Part shown: in pieces, positions 25,871 to 39,409 of the stretch | Position numbering within the stretch: the stretch's first letter is position 1 | Layout: each line of letters opens with the position of its first letter | Origin: Octopus vulgaris | Taxonomy: Eukaryota | Length of the DNA stretch: 64,000 nucleotides | Direction: 5' to 3' | NCBI GenBank assembly: GCA_951406725.2 | Contig: OX597824.1 | Span: 6,138,001-6,202,000 of the forward strand | The notes under the pieces: model-generated | Databases searched by the model: none | Seen by the model: only the letters and a program-made list of their open reading frames with translations | What the model was told of the DNA's origin: nothing | Translations under genes and position numbers: made by a program

Positions 25871-27554
25871 CGACGTATGTAAATCTTGTGTATGACTGAA
25901 TTGCACCTTATAGTGGATCTTCGGCTCGTGATTTGCATGGTTATTATGTGTATGCCACTGTCTATGAAACTGTATTGCCCGTGAGTTTACGCTGTGGTAA
26001 TTTAGAAGCCTCTGTCAGGTCTTCATCTGTAGATTAACTACGCTATGCGATGAGAATCAATCTGAACGTGGTTACAAAGGAATATCTGTGGCTTGTATCA
26101 GGGAATTCATTAAAATTTGGAGTGACGGATCCCTAGCTTGTATCACAGCATCATTCTAAGAGACACTCTTATGAAAAGCTGCGATTTCATGCGATTGCTA
26201 ATCACCTCAGTTCAGGCCTGTCATTAGGTACTAATTACAGAGACGCAGAGAATAGCATTCGAGTTGTGCAAACGTTTGTAAGTATCCAATTACACACTGA
26301 TTTGTCTTTAGTTTGACTTCATTTGTCATTTCATCCGAATTACAGAAGAGCACGGAAAAGTATGACCTATCACAGTTACATTTAATTCAAACGCTGCAGA
26401 TCTGCAACAGGACTAAGCAGCCGTCAGAGAGATCTTGAGTGGTGAGTCAGATATTTCATAGACAACGAGGAATATCGGTGTATGCATGCATGTGTATATG
26501 TATGTATGTATGTGTATGTATCTATGTATTAATGTATGTATGCATGTATGCATGTATGTATGTATGTATGTATGTATGTATGTACGTATGTATGTATGTA
26601 TGTATGTATGCCAGTATGCATAATTTTTCTTTGGGTGCTACTTTAGTTATTGATAGTTCAAGACGGATGCTAACAAAGCGGTTGCAAAATCCGATGTTCA
26701 TAAGTATGTTTTGAGTTTGTGTATTAGATTAACTGTCTATACATGCACCCACCTGTGTACATTTATCATTTATTCACATAAAATGGAGAATTTTTGAAAT
26801 GTCTTACAAATTTTCACTGTACCGTCAGTTTCTTTTACCCTTTCTCCGTGAACGGGGAATATTGCTTAACCTACCTTCCTAACCAGTGAAGTGACGTCAC
26901 TCAAAAGCTATGACGGTGCGGACGAGCACGTTGTGATGTACAAAAGCCATGCGAAAGACTTTTTGATACAGTGATGCAGAGATATTATATATAGAATGTT
27001 GATATCATAAGCTGTATAATCATTGTATAGCTTATTTTATGTTTCCTGTATCCATGTATTTATTTCACATACTCAAATGATATTAATCAAGTCAGCCTCT
27101 TAGTTTTCATTAACACATTTATTGAGCACTCTGTGATTAATGCTGTGTTTGACCTGGCAATATTACTTTGCGCTTAGTTCATATGCATTTAAGTTAATAT
27201 ATTACATACACATACAGGCACATCAATCCATGCACAACGACACCCACATATTCTTGTATGTAAATATATCGGGGGAGGGCTGTTTGTGTGTGTGTGTATC
27301 TCTATGTGAATATGTATTTTTATATTCTTTCTACCGATGTATCATTCACGCTATCAGCATTCCTCTCTCGCTTTTTTTGCGTAACTAATTTGCTCTATCG
27401 CAACACGAATATATAATTTATTGCGGGGAATATGTATATTTCTTTAATCTCTCACTAGCTATCTCTCGCTATATATATACACACATACGTACACATGCAC
27501 ACAAGCAAACATGTATAAATGTACATATGTGTTTGTGAGTGCGAACTCATATAT

Positions 27555-27780
<226 letters not shown>

Positions 27781-28319
27781 CATGCATAATCCTTCAAATT
27801 TCATGATATCTTAGCAGCCAGAGAGCAAGTGCAATTAATACAAAATGATAATAATGATGATGACGACGGTACTGATGGTCGTCGTGGTGGTTGTGGTGAT
27901 GATGATGATGATGATGATAATAAATGAGTTAATGCAGTACCAGGCACTGGCTCTAATGGCTTCTGATCTTAACTGATTGGAAGTGTTATCATGTACAGTA
28001 TTTTGTCTTGGTATAAATGATAGGCTACAGCAAATGTCCTGCTCAATACCACAGATTTATTTACTTATCAGTTGTTCGACCTTCAGCAGCTGAGCATGTA
28101 TTCTGATGGTTGGCAATATGTACAACTCTGATCACGAGCGGAAGTAGTGTGGGAGCATCATAGCCCTGTGTTCCGAGGAATTCTGTTGTATTTGAATAAT
28201 TCACCTCTGGAAACATGGGTGTTTCGTTCGACATCCTTAAACAACCCTTATTTAGGGACCTATTGAGCGGGATGCGCTACTTGACCTAAAACAATTCTAA
28301 AAGGGCGCCACTGGCAGGT

Positions 28320-29640
28320 TCCGTATCTACCCTCTCTAAGATGTAACGCATAAGGTTGTTGTTGTAGACATATCTCATGGGGATAGTGCGTGTCTGTGCA
28401 TCATTGAACAAGTTAATATCCACAAAGGCCAGCCTCTTGACAACATCTGCGTTTAATAGAAATATTGCCTAAAATATAGCCTCCCTTGTTCAGCAGCAAC
28501 ATCACAACTCGGCTTAAGGGACAGAGATCTCCCCTATTGTTGCCAAATGTAATCCATCGAATAACTTGTCAAAGAGTACGCGCCTTAGATCTGACAATAC
28601 AACCTTCGTGCTTGGCGGTGAAAAATTGGTCAAGAGCCTAATCTCGCCGCCAGCGCATCGATCACTTTGCCATTTCTAAGTGCTTCTTCTAGCTTCCCTA
28701 TCTACTCTAGACCTCTCTATCGCTATTTCTTTACTGAATCCTAACACCTGTATTCTAATAGCTTTTTTCAGAGCTATCCACTGTGGGTTGACATTATCCA
28801 GTATCGATTGACGACTACAGCCACCAGAGTGTTGTAGAAATTGCTAACCATATAACTGAAATTGTTGCGCGCCTGGGAAGTCTAGTTCAGTTTCCAGTAT
28901 CTGGGACCCTGCCTATGAAACTTATCTATGTCGACAGTACAAAGAATGAATTTGTGGTCTGTTTACCCGACTATTTTAAATTATGGACATCCTACGCCCA
29001 CTCCGATCAGTGAACTTACAGAAAATGCTACGTTGACACGACCTGGATGTCCCGACGCTGCTTGCCCAAATACATAGATAAGTGCATTCGGGAAATCCTG
29101 TTGCAATCTATCAATCAATTGGAAACGATTAGGCATATGTACGATGCTTTTCACCTCTCTTCTCCTATCGATTAGTCTTACACAGTCCAAACATGCATCC
29201 CAGATAGCGTTCCAGTCCCCACTGTCGCTAATGAGAGACGTTTCCGGCAACACACCCAAAGTGCTTGAAGAAATCGCGGCGTCCTGTACCTGTCGGGACA
29301 CAGGAGGTAATTAATCTAAAAGCAACCCCTTTGCTGCAGACAACGTCGAGAACCACTCACTTAGAGTTCGGCTCTAGAATGGTGTCCGTTATCTCGAGTC
29401 TCAGTCCTTTCTGGAACACCAACAACACTTCGCATCTTATTCCAAGCCGATCTAAACGCGCGTAGAGCACAAAGCCGTCGAAAATGCGAGCGTATCGACG
29501 TTTGTGGGATATCCCGGTTTTACTGATGGCTACCACATCTATATGCAGCGACTTGAGGTTATCGAGTGAGATACACTTTCTACACCGAAACGCAGGGAAC
29601 GTGCATTTATGCAGCCAACTCTCAGAGATGCCACGGTGGC
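28320..29640 (-). pseudogene. L1/Tx1-type ORF2 5' fragment (AP endonuclease), decayed
   Basis: Minus-strand motifs in the expected order: LRVGCINARSL, GDWNA, DHKFILCTV, GPRYWKLN. Multiple frameshifts. Confidence 0.8.
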
Positions 29641-30039
29641 AAGAGAGAAGGAAAAAGACGATGAAAAATCTAGTTCACTTGTTCATCATGTTTGTTGATG
29701 GAAAGGTCATTTTCTACTTTTTACTTAACTTGTTTACTAACTTTTTTACTTAACTTTTTACCTGACATGTTTTTATAAATTTTTCAAATTCATTTCTGAG
29801 GATGGTGGATTTATGCTACGATGTATTCAGTGAACCTCTTTTGTGTTCTTTTATACTTACGCCACACCTGGGACGAACCCTGAATCGGATTCATATTTCG
29901 TCTGGTACTTATATATATATATAGGTACAACATCAAATACATACATGTATGTATGTATGTATGTATGTATGTATGTATGTATGTATGTATGTATGTATGT
30001 ATGTATGTATGTATGCATGTATGTATGTATGTATGTATG

Positions 30040-30079
<40 letters not shown>

Positions 30080-30083
<4 letters not shown>

Positions 30084-30287
30084 ATCCAAACAAGAAAGCA
30101 CGAAAAAACACAACAACGCGAGGACGTGGAACAAATATAGTATTATTGAACGCTCAGGAAGGAAGGGAAGAAGGAGGGCTTAACGTTTCGAGCGGAGCTC
30201 TTCGTCGGAAACATAGAAGAAGGAAAGATCCAGAGAAGGGAAGACAGAGGAAAAAAAATCGACAACGGTACACACGCCGTCACATTT

Positions 30288-30289
<2 letters not shown>
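30080..30289 (-). mobile_element. PLE terminus relic in (TA)n with HHR-like motif
   Basis: Minus strand CCGACGA-A-GAGC-TCC-GCTC-GAAAC-GTT (about 30182-30208). (TA)n on both sides. Confidence 0.6.
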
Positions 30290-30351
<62 letters not shown>

Positions 30352-30527
30352 ATGTGTGTGTACGTATGTATGTATGTATACACATACAACGGCAGCATTC
30401 GGCCTATTTTTCTGGACTGCTATGTTAGCTTGGTGATAATTATTAATATCCAGTACCGCTGCCGTAGTCTCCTTTAGAGAGAATTATAAATATTAATATT
30501 TCTATGTACATGTACGTAAATGTATAT

Positions 30528-30559
<32 letters not shown>

Positions 30560-30569
30560 TGTATGTATG

Positions 30570-30642
<73 letters not shown>

Positions 30643-31081
30643 CATATATATATATATACACATGAAAATTGGAGTGATTCACTCAAAAGTGTTTGAATTT
30701 TTAAATGTAATTAATTTTACCTCCCATATTTCAAAGTAACGTAACATGAATAAAGCGTGGTGAAAATCTGTTCATTAATTCGGGGATTTCGTGCTAAATT
30801 ATAATCTCCGTGATTTGATGAAGTTATAAACCGTGTTAAATCTAAAGTGTTGTCATTGAAAATCGTTTTAATTGAGAACTTTATTAAATTTGCGTGGGTG
30901 TAAGTTTTTTCTTCTTTATATGCATGCGTGTGCATACTTTTAAGCATAGGCTTTCCTATTTAATTCTAAGAGTACTAATGACCTAGTAAACAACTGCGCA
31001 TGCGTGTCTGTTTGCATAAATGTCTATTAATTATAACACACACCTTCTACATTCATGATTCCAATAAACATTGTATATTTT

Positions 31082-31665
31082 ATTTCTTTACTGCCCATAA
31101 TGGGATACACATAGAGGGTACACACAAGGACAGACAAGCGGTTTAAGTCGATTATATCGACCCCAGTCCGTAACTGGTACTTATTTAATCGACCCCGGAA
31201 GGATGAAAGGCAAAGTCGACCTCGGCAGAATTGGAACGCAGAACGTGACGGCAGACGAAATACCAATTTCTTTACTACCCACAAGGGGCTAAACACAGAG
31301 AGGACAAACGGATTAAGTTGATTACATCGACCCCAGTGCGTAACTGTTGCAAAATTTATCGATCCCAAAAGGATGAAAGGCAAAGTCGGGCTTGGCGGAA
31401 TTTGAACTCAGAACGTAACGGCAGATGAAATACCTATTTCTTTACTACCCACAAGGGGCTAAACACAGAGAGAACAAACAAGGACAGACAAACGGATTAA
31501 GCCGATTTTATCGGCCCCAGTGCGTAACTGGTACTTATTTAATCGACCCAAAAGGATGAAAAGCAAAGTCGACCTTGGCGGAATTTGAATTCAGAACGTA
31601 ACGGCAGACAAAATACCGCTAGGCATTTCGCTCGGCGTGCTAACGTTTCTGCCAGCTTGTCGCCT
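31082..31665 (-). mobile_element. SINE family B trimer with 17-bp TSD
   Basis: Three units of about 180 bp and a single A-box head. TSD TAAACATTGTATATTTT at 31065-31081 and 31666-31682. Confidence 0.9.
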
Positions 31666-32469
31666 TAAACATTGTATATTTTGTCTATCTATGTAATTTT
31701 GCCGCAATAAACCAAGTGCTTATAATATTTTAAGAGAACATGTATATTATTATACACTTGAAAACCAGTACATTAAACACAACAGCAGACAATATTTATT
31801 GGAACGTTCTTTTAATAGTGAATAAACACTTTTACAACAAACCAATATTTAAGTTCAATTTAGTTATTGAATTCTATTCGAAGTGTCCTTCCTTTACTTT
31901 TTCTCATTCCAAATATATAATCTTCATTCTTGTAATATATAATCTACATTCTTTTAGAAGTTTGTAAACTTTATAAATATTTATTTTCAACAGTGGCTAC
32001 ACCTGCGAAATGTGCAACTCCTTCTGTCAGTAATTCTATATATTTTATATTACTAAAACTTCCCTTTAAACTTTTACTGCGTTTTATCATGTGAAGAAGT
32101 TTTAAATTTCTGCCTGAAAATCAACATACTTTTTGGCAGGTTGTCAAAAATATATGCGTTCTTTAACATCAGCATTTTGCTAAATATCAAATTCTTCCAA
32201 TAGATTTCACAGTGGCACTCTCAAAGATTTATCTGTTTGTTGTGAAAATGTAATGCTCACGTTGCTTTATTCGCAGCAACTGTAGGCAAAGATTAGACAT
32301 TCATTTAATTTCACACTTACTTTAATTATTAAAAATCGTAACACAGACTCGGCCATAAATATAAGACAAATATACCTTTCATATGCAAAGTGTTTCTAAA
32401 TAATATATGATGATGTATTTGGAGTATAAAAATTCAATAGATGTCACTTCAGAAGTAAAGGGAAGGCCA

Positions 32470-33070
32470 AGTCTGTAATATTGATTTCAAATTTTGTAAT
32501 ATTGATTTCAAATTATATCTGCCTGGTACATATTTTATCAACCACGGAAGGGTGAAAGGCAAAGTCAACCTTGAATATAAAGATAGATGAAGTGGCGCTA
32601 AGTATTTGGACCAGTATGATAACGATTCTGCCAGCTCACTGCCTTTACATGTCTGTAATGTTCGTTTCAAAATTTGGCTTAAGGCCAGCAATTTTGGGCG
32701 AGCGGGTAAGTCGATTACATCGATCCCAGTCCACGAAGGCAAGGTCCACGTCGGCAGAATTTGAACTCAAAACATAAAGATGGACGAAATGCAGCTGAGC
32801 ATTTAGACCGGCGCCCTAAGGAATCTACCATCTCGCCGCCTTCATGGACAGTCTGTAATATTGATTTCGGATTTTAGCACAAGCGCGGCAATCTCGGGGA
32901 CGGCGTAATCGATTATAACGACCCCGGTTTTCAACTGGTACTTATTTTATCGAAACCGTAAGGGATGTAAAGCAAAGTTGACTTGGGCGGATGTGAACTC
33001 AGAGCGTAAGGACAGAGCCTATGCTACTGAGCATTTTGCCGGATAAACGATTCTGCCAGCTCACAGCCGT
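32470..33070 (-). mobile_element. Cluster of degenerate SINE family B copies
   Basis: Three diverged GAAAGGCAAAGTC...GAACTC...GATTCTGCCAGCTC-type units. Confidence 0.7.
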
Positions 33071-33316
33071 CGCACAATCTGGATCGTAATGGTGGAAAGC
33101 AATAGAGAAACATTAAAAAAACATACTACAGATACTAATGTTGGCGCTGCTACTGCTGCTGCTACTGCTGCTGCTACTACTACTACTACTGCTGCTACTG
33201 CAACTACTACTAGCAAGCATAACCAATAAACGACAAGAATAGAAAAAATATTGTGTATTTTGTGATGCTTGCAAATTATATAACCGTGTACTATATATAC
33301 ACACAAACACATACAT

Positions 33317-33368
<52 letters not shown>

Positions 33369-33960
33369 TTATATATACACATATATATATATGTATATAT
33401 ATATATAGATGTATATATGCGTGTATGTGTGTATGTTAGATGTATGTACATGTGTGAGTGTATATATATATATACATAAACATATGCATTGATAAATACA
33501 CTCAAACGCAGGTGTGGACGTGTAAGTATGTGTATGATTGTATAGATAGATATATATATATCTATGTATATGTTCGTGTAACTACATGTGTATATGTGTT
33601 TCTATAGAAAGTAAACGTCTGAGGTTAATTACTGAGAGAGGTCAACCGTATGAAAATCAATAGATCAGATAGTGTTAACATATTTAATGCAGTGACCATG
33701 AAAGATCTAATTAGAAACAATAATGAAGACAGAAAAAGGCAACACACATCATGATTGATACTACTGCATCTGTGTCGAAAAACAACTCACGATACACCGG
33801 TGGGGTGGCAATATGTGAAAGGAGAGAAAAATCACAAAGTAAAAATTTAAAAAAAACAGCAAATGACCAGGCGTAGAGGAGTTGCAGGAGATTCCAAAGT
33901 CGCCTGGTGTCCATGGTTAAAGACAAGGGCGATTTTATAAACTTACCGCTTAGTATTTCA

Positions 33961-34009
<49 letters not shown>

Positions 34010-34101
34010 AGTAAGGAAAAATTTTTTTTTAAATGCAGAATGCTCAAATGAAAGAAAATTTTAATAAAATGATAAAATGATAAAATATATAAATATATAT
34101 T

Positions 34102-34142
34102 TATTCAACCGGTTTTCGTCATTGTATGACTTGTCAAGAATA
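34102..34142 (-). ncRNA. Minimal hammerhead ribozyme (U3:A8 variant), sense to the PLE ORFs
   Basis: TATTC-TTGACAA-GTCA-TACAA-TGAC-GAAAAC-CG-GTT-GAATA. Confidence 0.7.
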
Positions 34143-34774
34143 TTTATGTTTTAAGAAGTTTTTTTAAAAATTAGAAAGGGGAAAAAAAGAAAATTGCATT
34201 GTTTTTTGTAAAAGAATAATGATAAAAATGTACAAAAATTGAAAAATAAGTTCTCCGATACATTGTGAGTTCGTTGTGTATCTTGAGTTTTATGGTTGTT
34301 TACCAAAAAATTACCTTGAGGTGTTAAGATCCAAAGGGATTAAGAGCATGTGATGTGTTGTGTTGTTAAATTCAGCAAGTTGCAGGACAGGAAGTAGTAG
34401 TAATTGTGGTCCTGGTTCTTCAGTTCCTGTGTTGTGAGTAAGGGGAGACAACTCTTTTGAGTTCTTCAATAAAACCCAAATTATAAAACTATCATTTTAG
34501 CTTCATTTGCATTATCTTTTTTATATAATTGCTTGTTAACTTAACTTTCAGATTTTAACACTTTATTTATATTATTTTCTAATAATATAAATCTGCATAG
34601 ACAATTGCATTTCAAATTGTCATATCATTTATAATAAAAATGATAGTAATAGCAACAATAGTAAAAATGATATTTAAAGAATATAAGTTTTAGCTTGAAG
34701 TGATGAATGCATGGTATCTTTATATATTTGTGTTAGTCCATCCATGAAGAGTGAGGTAGAGAAAGGAAGTTTGA

Positions 34775-37091
34775 TCAACGAGGAGTTTGCATATTAAGTT
34801 GTGTTTGGAATTTTTCAATAAAGAGATTCTCCTTGTTAATTCTCTCCTGTGTGGTGATCCCGTCTTTACATTGGTAGAAGGGGAATATATAGAATTTGGG
34901 GTTTAAGTCTTTAGCACATGAGTCTAAGTGGTCACTCAGTGGAATTTGTCGGTATTCGGGAGATTTATTTGTTCTTTATGCACCGTTACTCGTTTACGTA
35001 ACGGGAGACTCGTTTGTCCAACATAATTATGTTGGCAACCAGCGCATGTGAGAACGTAGATAAGGTTCTCGGAGGAACAGGAGAAGTTAGTCTTGATTTT
35101 AAACTTCGTACCTTGTTTGAAGGTAAATTCAGAGCCTTCAAGTAGAAAGGGGCAGGTACCACAGTTTGAGCGTGCACATTTTTTTACTGTTGGGGGTGGA
35201 TGTGGTGTGTGAAGTTTGGCATTTGTCAAGAGTTTTTTTAAAGATTTGTGTTGCCTTTTGCATTTGAGGATTTTGTGTGTATTTATAATGTTTTTCATTT
35301 TTGGGTCTGTTGACAGTAGACTGAGGTTTTGTATGATTGTGGTGTATGCTTCGATATTTTTGGGGTTGTGGGTGGAAATGTATGGAAGTATTTTGAGGTT
35401 GTGTGTGGTGTTAGGTTGGGTGGTTTTCAGTGTAGTGTTGTCTAGTTCTTTGGCGCGTTTTATTCCATACTCTATAAGGGTGGAGGGATATTGACGTTGT
35501 AATAGTGTTTTTTTGAGGTCTTGAAGGCGTATTTCTCGTGTTTTTGGATCCGAGACAATGGTGCATACCCTTTTAGCTAAATTGAAAAGGATATTTGTCT
35601 TGGTGTGCTTTGGGTGGCATGAACTAAAGAGGAGGTATTGTTGTGAGTCTGTAGGTTTGTGGTAGATGTCTGTTATGATTTGGTTCTTAGGTGTTTTTAT
35701 AATTAGGAGATCAAGGAATGGGAGATGATGTTTGCTTAATTCCATAGTGAATTGGATGTTGGGATGTATGTTGTTTAGTATGGTTTTGAATTCCAGGAGT
35801 TTTTCATAAGGTTCTTTCCATATGATGAAACAATCATCTAAATACCTTTTCCAGTTTTCCATTAGGTAGGTGTGGAAAACATGTCCAAATTTCTGGCTTG
35901 ATATTTCATAGAGTGACAGTTCGACGTAACCCATTATGAGGTTCGCAAGGACTGGTGCAGCCTTGGTACCCATCGCAATGCCACATTTTTGACGGTAGTG
36001 TGTGTCGTCGAAGAGAAAAAAATTGTTTGTCAGAATGAACTTAAGAGATTCTGTAATAAAAGACTTGTTAATGCGGTCAGGGAATGTCTCTGGGTGTTTT
36101 TCTAGCCAGAAGTCAATTGCCTCTATACCATACTCATGTGGAATGTTGGTGTAGAGGTTGATGACATCAAAGGATACCAGGAATGCCTCCTCGTTAACTG
36201 TTTTCGGGAGGTGTTTGAGCATGTCCAGATCATCCCTAATGAAACTTTTGATGTGGGTAAGGAAAGGTTTCAAAAGGATGTCTAGGAAGTTACTCAGGCG
36301 GTGTGTTTCACAGGAGGTACCAGCCACGATGGGCCTTAGTTTTAGGTCCTCCGGTGCTTTGATGTTGATGTGGATGTCAGTGGAGAGTTTGCAGGCTTCG
36401 GTGATGTATTTGTTTTTATGGATTTTAGGAAGGCCATAAAAAAGTCTGGGCTTGCATTTGAAAATGGTGATATAATCCCTTTCTTTTTCTGTGAGTCCCT
36501 GACCGTGTTGGCGTATGAGTGTGGTGAGGTTTCTGATTGTTTTTTGCTGTTTGTAGTTGTTAATAACCTCATAGAAAATGTTATTGTTAAGCATGGAGAA
36601 CACTAGGTGTTTATAAAATTCCGTGTCCATAAGGACCACAGCACTCCCTTTGTCCGCTTCTTTGATGGTGAGGTTTTTATCCAGTTGTATGTCACGTAGG
36701 TTTTCCCATTCTTCCTTACTGAAATTGGATTTTACCTTGGTTTTGCTTGGGGTAAAGGGGAGACTCTGGATGTGTTTACAGAAATCGTCCAGTGTTTTAT
36801 TTCTCCCTTTTGGTGGTAGGAAGTTGCTTTTATTTCTGATCAATGAGTCGTCCCCATTGTTGATATCTGTCAAAGCTTCTGTTAGGCGAAGTTTTCTGCA
36901 GAATTCAGAAACGTCATCCTTGACCTCCGGGGGTTGGGTGTTCTTGGGGTGGGTGTGAATTTCAAACCTCTTGCTAGGATGTTGATTTGGGTTGGTGTCA
37001 GTGTTTTGCTGGAGAGGTTTATAATTTTTGTTTTCTTATTTTGGGTCTGTGTTAGCGGTGGTGTTTGTATTTTTCCCCTCTGTCTAAAAAA
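34775..37091 (-). CDS. PLE reverse transcriptase + GIY-YIG endonuclease (two 1-nt frameshifts)
   Basis: IINLS...GLKFTPTP, ADKG, YGLPKIHK, RPIV, SFDVINLYTNIP, GIAMG, RYLDD, CARSNCGTC, LIY...YVGQT...R...H. Frameshifts in short C runs near 36930 and 34958; the latter continues as PLSDHLDSC...KENLFIEKF to a stop at 34775. Confidence 0.92.
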
Positions 37092-38179
37092 TGGTTGTTG
37101 AGGTAAGGGGTGTATTCTTTGTTAAAGTTCTGGTTGTATGTGTAGGAGTGTTTTTGGGTGGGGAGGTTGGAGGGGGTAGGTAGTTGTCGTATTTGTGTTG
37201 GTATGGGATGCGATGGTGTAAGGATTTGTGAGAAATGCGATGGGTTTGTGGGTGTGTGTCTGGTAGATTGTATGGGGGGATGTAGGGGGTATGTAGTTGT
37301 GGTGATTGGGTTCGTGTGGGATGTGAGGGTTTGGAGATCTGTAGGAGATGTGGTAGGAATGTGGTTGTTGGATGGGTGGACTATAGGGGGTTCGTTGGGT
37401 GGGTCTTATATGTATCGGTGTGGGTAGGATGCCTTGTTTGTTATTAGTGTGAGGGAGGGGAGCCTTGAGGGGGGATAATTTATAGTGTATGGGAGGTTCT
37501 TGAAGGTTCTAATCGGTGGGGGAGGGGTGTTAGAGTGATTGGAAAACCAGGTTTTGTGGTGGGTCTTGTTTGAGATGTTTCGGTGGGGAAAAGGTTTTTT
37601 ATATGGTTGGGGGAGGTTGTGTCCTGTTAGGAGGGGGTTTGGAGAGTATGTGTATTTGAGGTGCGGTTTGGAATGGTGTTTATGGGGTACAGTGGAAGTC
37701 TGTGTTGTGGGTACTTTTATGAATGGGTTTTTGGATTTATGGTTTAATATGAATTGTGTTTCATAGTTGAGGAAGAAATCTTTGTTGTTTTCCCAGCGTT
37801 TGAGGGAGGTTCGTTCTTCCTTTTCACATTCATCTTTCCATAGTTTAATAACAAGTTCGAGGGGCTGTTCGTTGGTGTGTGAGGTTAGTTCTAGAAGTAT
37901 CTCATCGTCTATTTTTGTGTATTTTTGTTCGTGGTTTTGTGCTCTGAGTTTTAGAAGTTCTACTTCGGTTTTCATTTTTTCCAATGTTAGTTTTTCTCTT
38001 AGGGAGCGTTGTTTTTCAGGTTCGTCTGGGAAGTGTTTGATTTGGAATTTTCGGGGTAGTATGATAGGGGAGGCGTTTAACCATTTGTCGTAAATTTCAG
38101 CTTTGTTTTGGTTTTTGAGCATGTTCCAGAAGAGAAGTTTTCTGTTGTGTAGTTTCTTAGTCCAAGTAGTGATGATCTG
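37052..38179 (-). CDS. PLE upstream ORF1: charged, coiled-coil-like N-part, then Pro/His/Thr-rich; 5' truncated, one premature stop
   Basis: ORF 37406-38122 continues in the same frame past the single TAA at 37406 with no further stops until the TAA at 37052. Confidence 0.7.
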
Positions 38180-38206
38180 GTTTTAAAAAACTTCTTAAAA
38201 CATAAA

Positions 38207-38247
38207 TATTCTTGACAAGTCATACAATGACGAAAACCGGTTGAATA
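38207..38247 (+). ncRNA. Minimal hammerhead ribozyme (U3:A8 variant), second copy
   Basis: Identical inverted copy of 34102-34142. Confidence 0.7.
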
Positions 38248-38381
38248 AATATATATTTATATATTTTATCATTTTCTCATTTTATTAAAATTTTCTTTCA
38301 TTTGAGCATTCTGCATTTAAAAAAAAATTTTTCCTTACTTATCATTTCTCCACGTGCGGTCAACATAACCCCACCATTTAT

Positions 38382-38439
<58 letters not shown>

Positions 38440-38965
38440 ATGATAATAATAAAGGTAAATAATTTTTTCGATGGTTTTTCAGACAACCAACGATTATTTA
38501 CCGGTAGATTTCGGTATGTAAATATGACCTTTAGCGGCGGGAACTCCTGTGGAGTTCGGTATATATAGTATATAAGTATTATATTACTAATTGGATTTTT
38601 CAATCCCTTACGAATATTCCGGTGGTACGCATGGCAGAATTTTGGAGGGAAAATTTACGGATTCAATCATCTACTTAGTTTTTAGCCTATACTCAATTTC
38701 CCCCCACTATTTGATGACGCCTGGTCAAAAGTGGAGGCTGGTGGCATTTGATAAAGGTGCTGAAGGAAGACATAAGGCAATTTCTCGCCTACGATCTAGA
38801 AACATGTTCACCATTAACGGTAAGGCATTGTTTTCGTTTAATTACTCCTGCTATTTTGCGTATATGGAGCCCCCACTCGTAGAAAATGGAAATAAAAGTC
38901 TCTGACTGCTATTTCTAATTCTTTCGGTATGCGGCAGAGCAACCTGTTGTCTGCTCTTTTACTTA
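38440..38965 (+). mobile_element. PLE pLTR relic related to family 3, with HHR-like motif
   Basis: GGTG-CTGAAGG...GAAAC-AT-GTT-CACC at 38756-38812. Its end TGCTATTTCTAA..TTTCGGTATG matches the reverse complement of 8380-8404. Confidence 0.55.
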
Positions 38966-39005
38966 TATAGATATATAGATAGGTAGATAGATATATAGAT
39001 AGATG

Positions 39006-39060
<55 letters not shown>

Positions 39061-39064
39061 GGAT

Positions 39065-39109
<45 letters not shown>

Positions 39110-39159
39110 TATATACATATATATATATATAGATAGATAGATAGATAGATAGATAGATG

Positions 39160-39191
<32 letters not shown>

Positions 39192-39338
39192 TGTATGTAT
39201 GTATGTATATGTGTGCGTGTGTGTGTTCATGATGAAATAAAAAGACAACAAACGAAAAATGAGATGTCGGTGTTATTTTGATGTTTGCGTAATTTAGACG
39301 ACAGAGAAGGAGTGACAGACAAACAGAAAGCCAGACAG

Positions 39339-39409
<71 letters not shown>

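Larger units (their letters stand above)
34009..38383 (-). mobile_element. Penelope-like retroelement (Neptune-like Cys linker) with inverted pLTR ends, in (TA)n
   Basis: RT-GIY-YIG ORF. 34009-34165 is the reverse complement of about 38185-38341. Extra tail to 38383. (TA)n on both flanks. Confidence 0.93.

Noticed and set aside
26891-26900. CRE-like palindrome GTGACGTCAC
   Set aside because: A single short motif with no associated gene or promoter evidence.
35216-38093. Plus-strand ORFs overlapping the PLE
   Set aside because: Antisense shadows of the minus-strand coding sequence.
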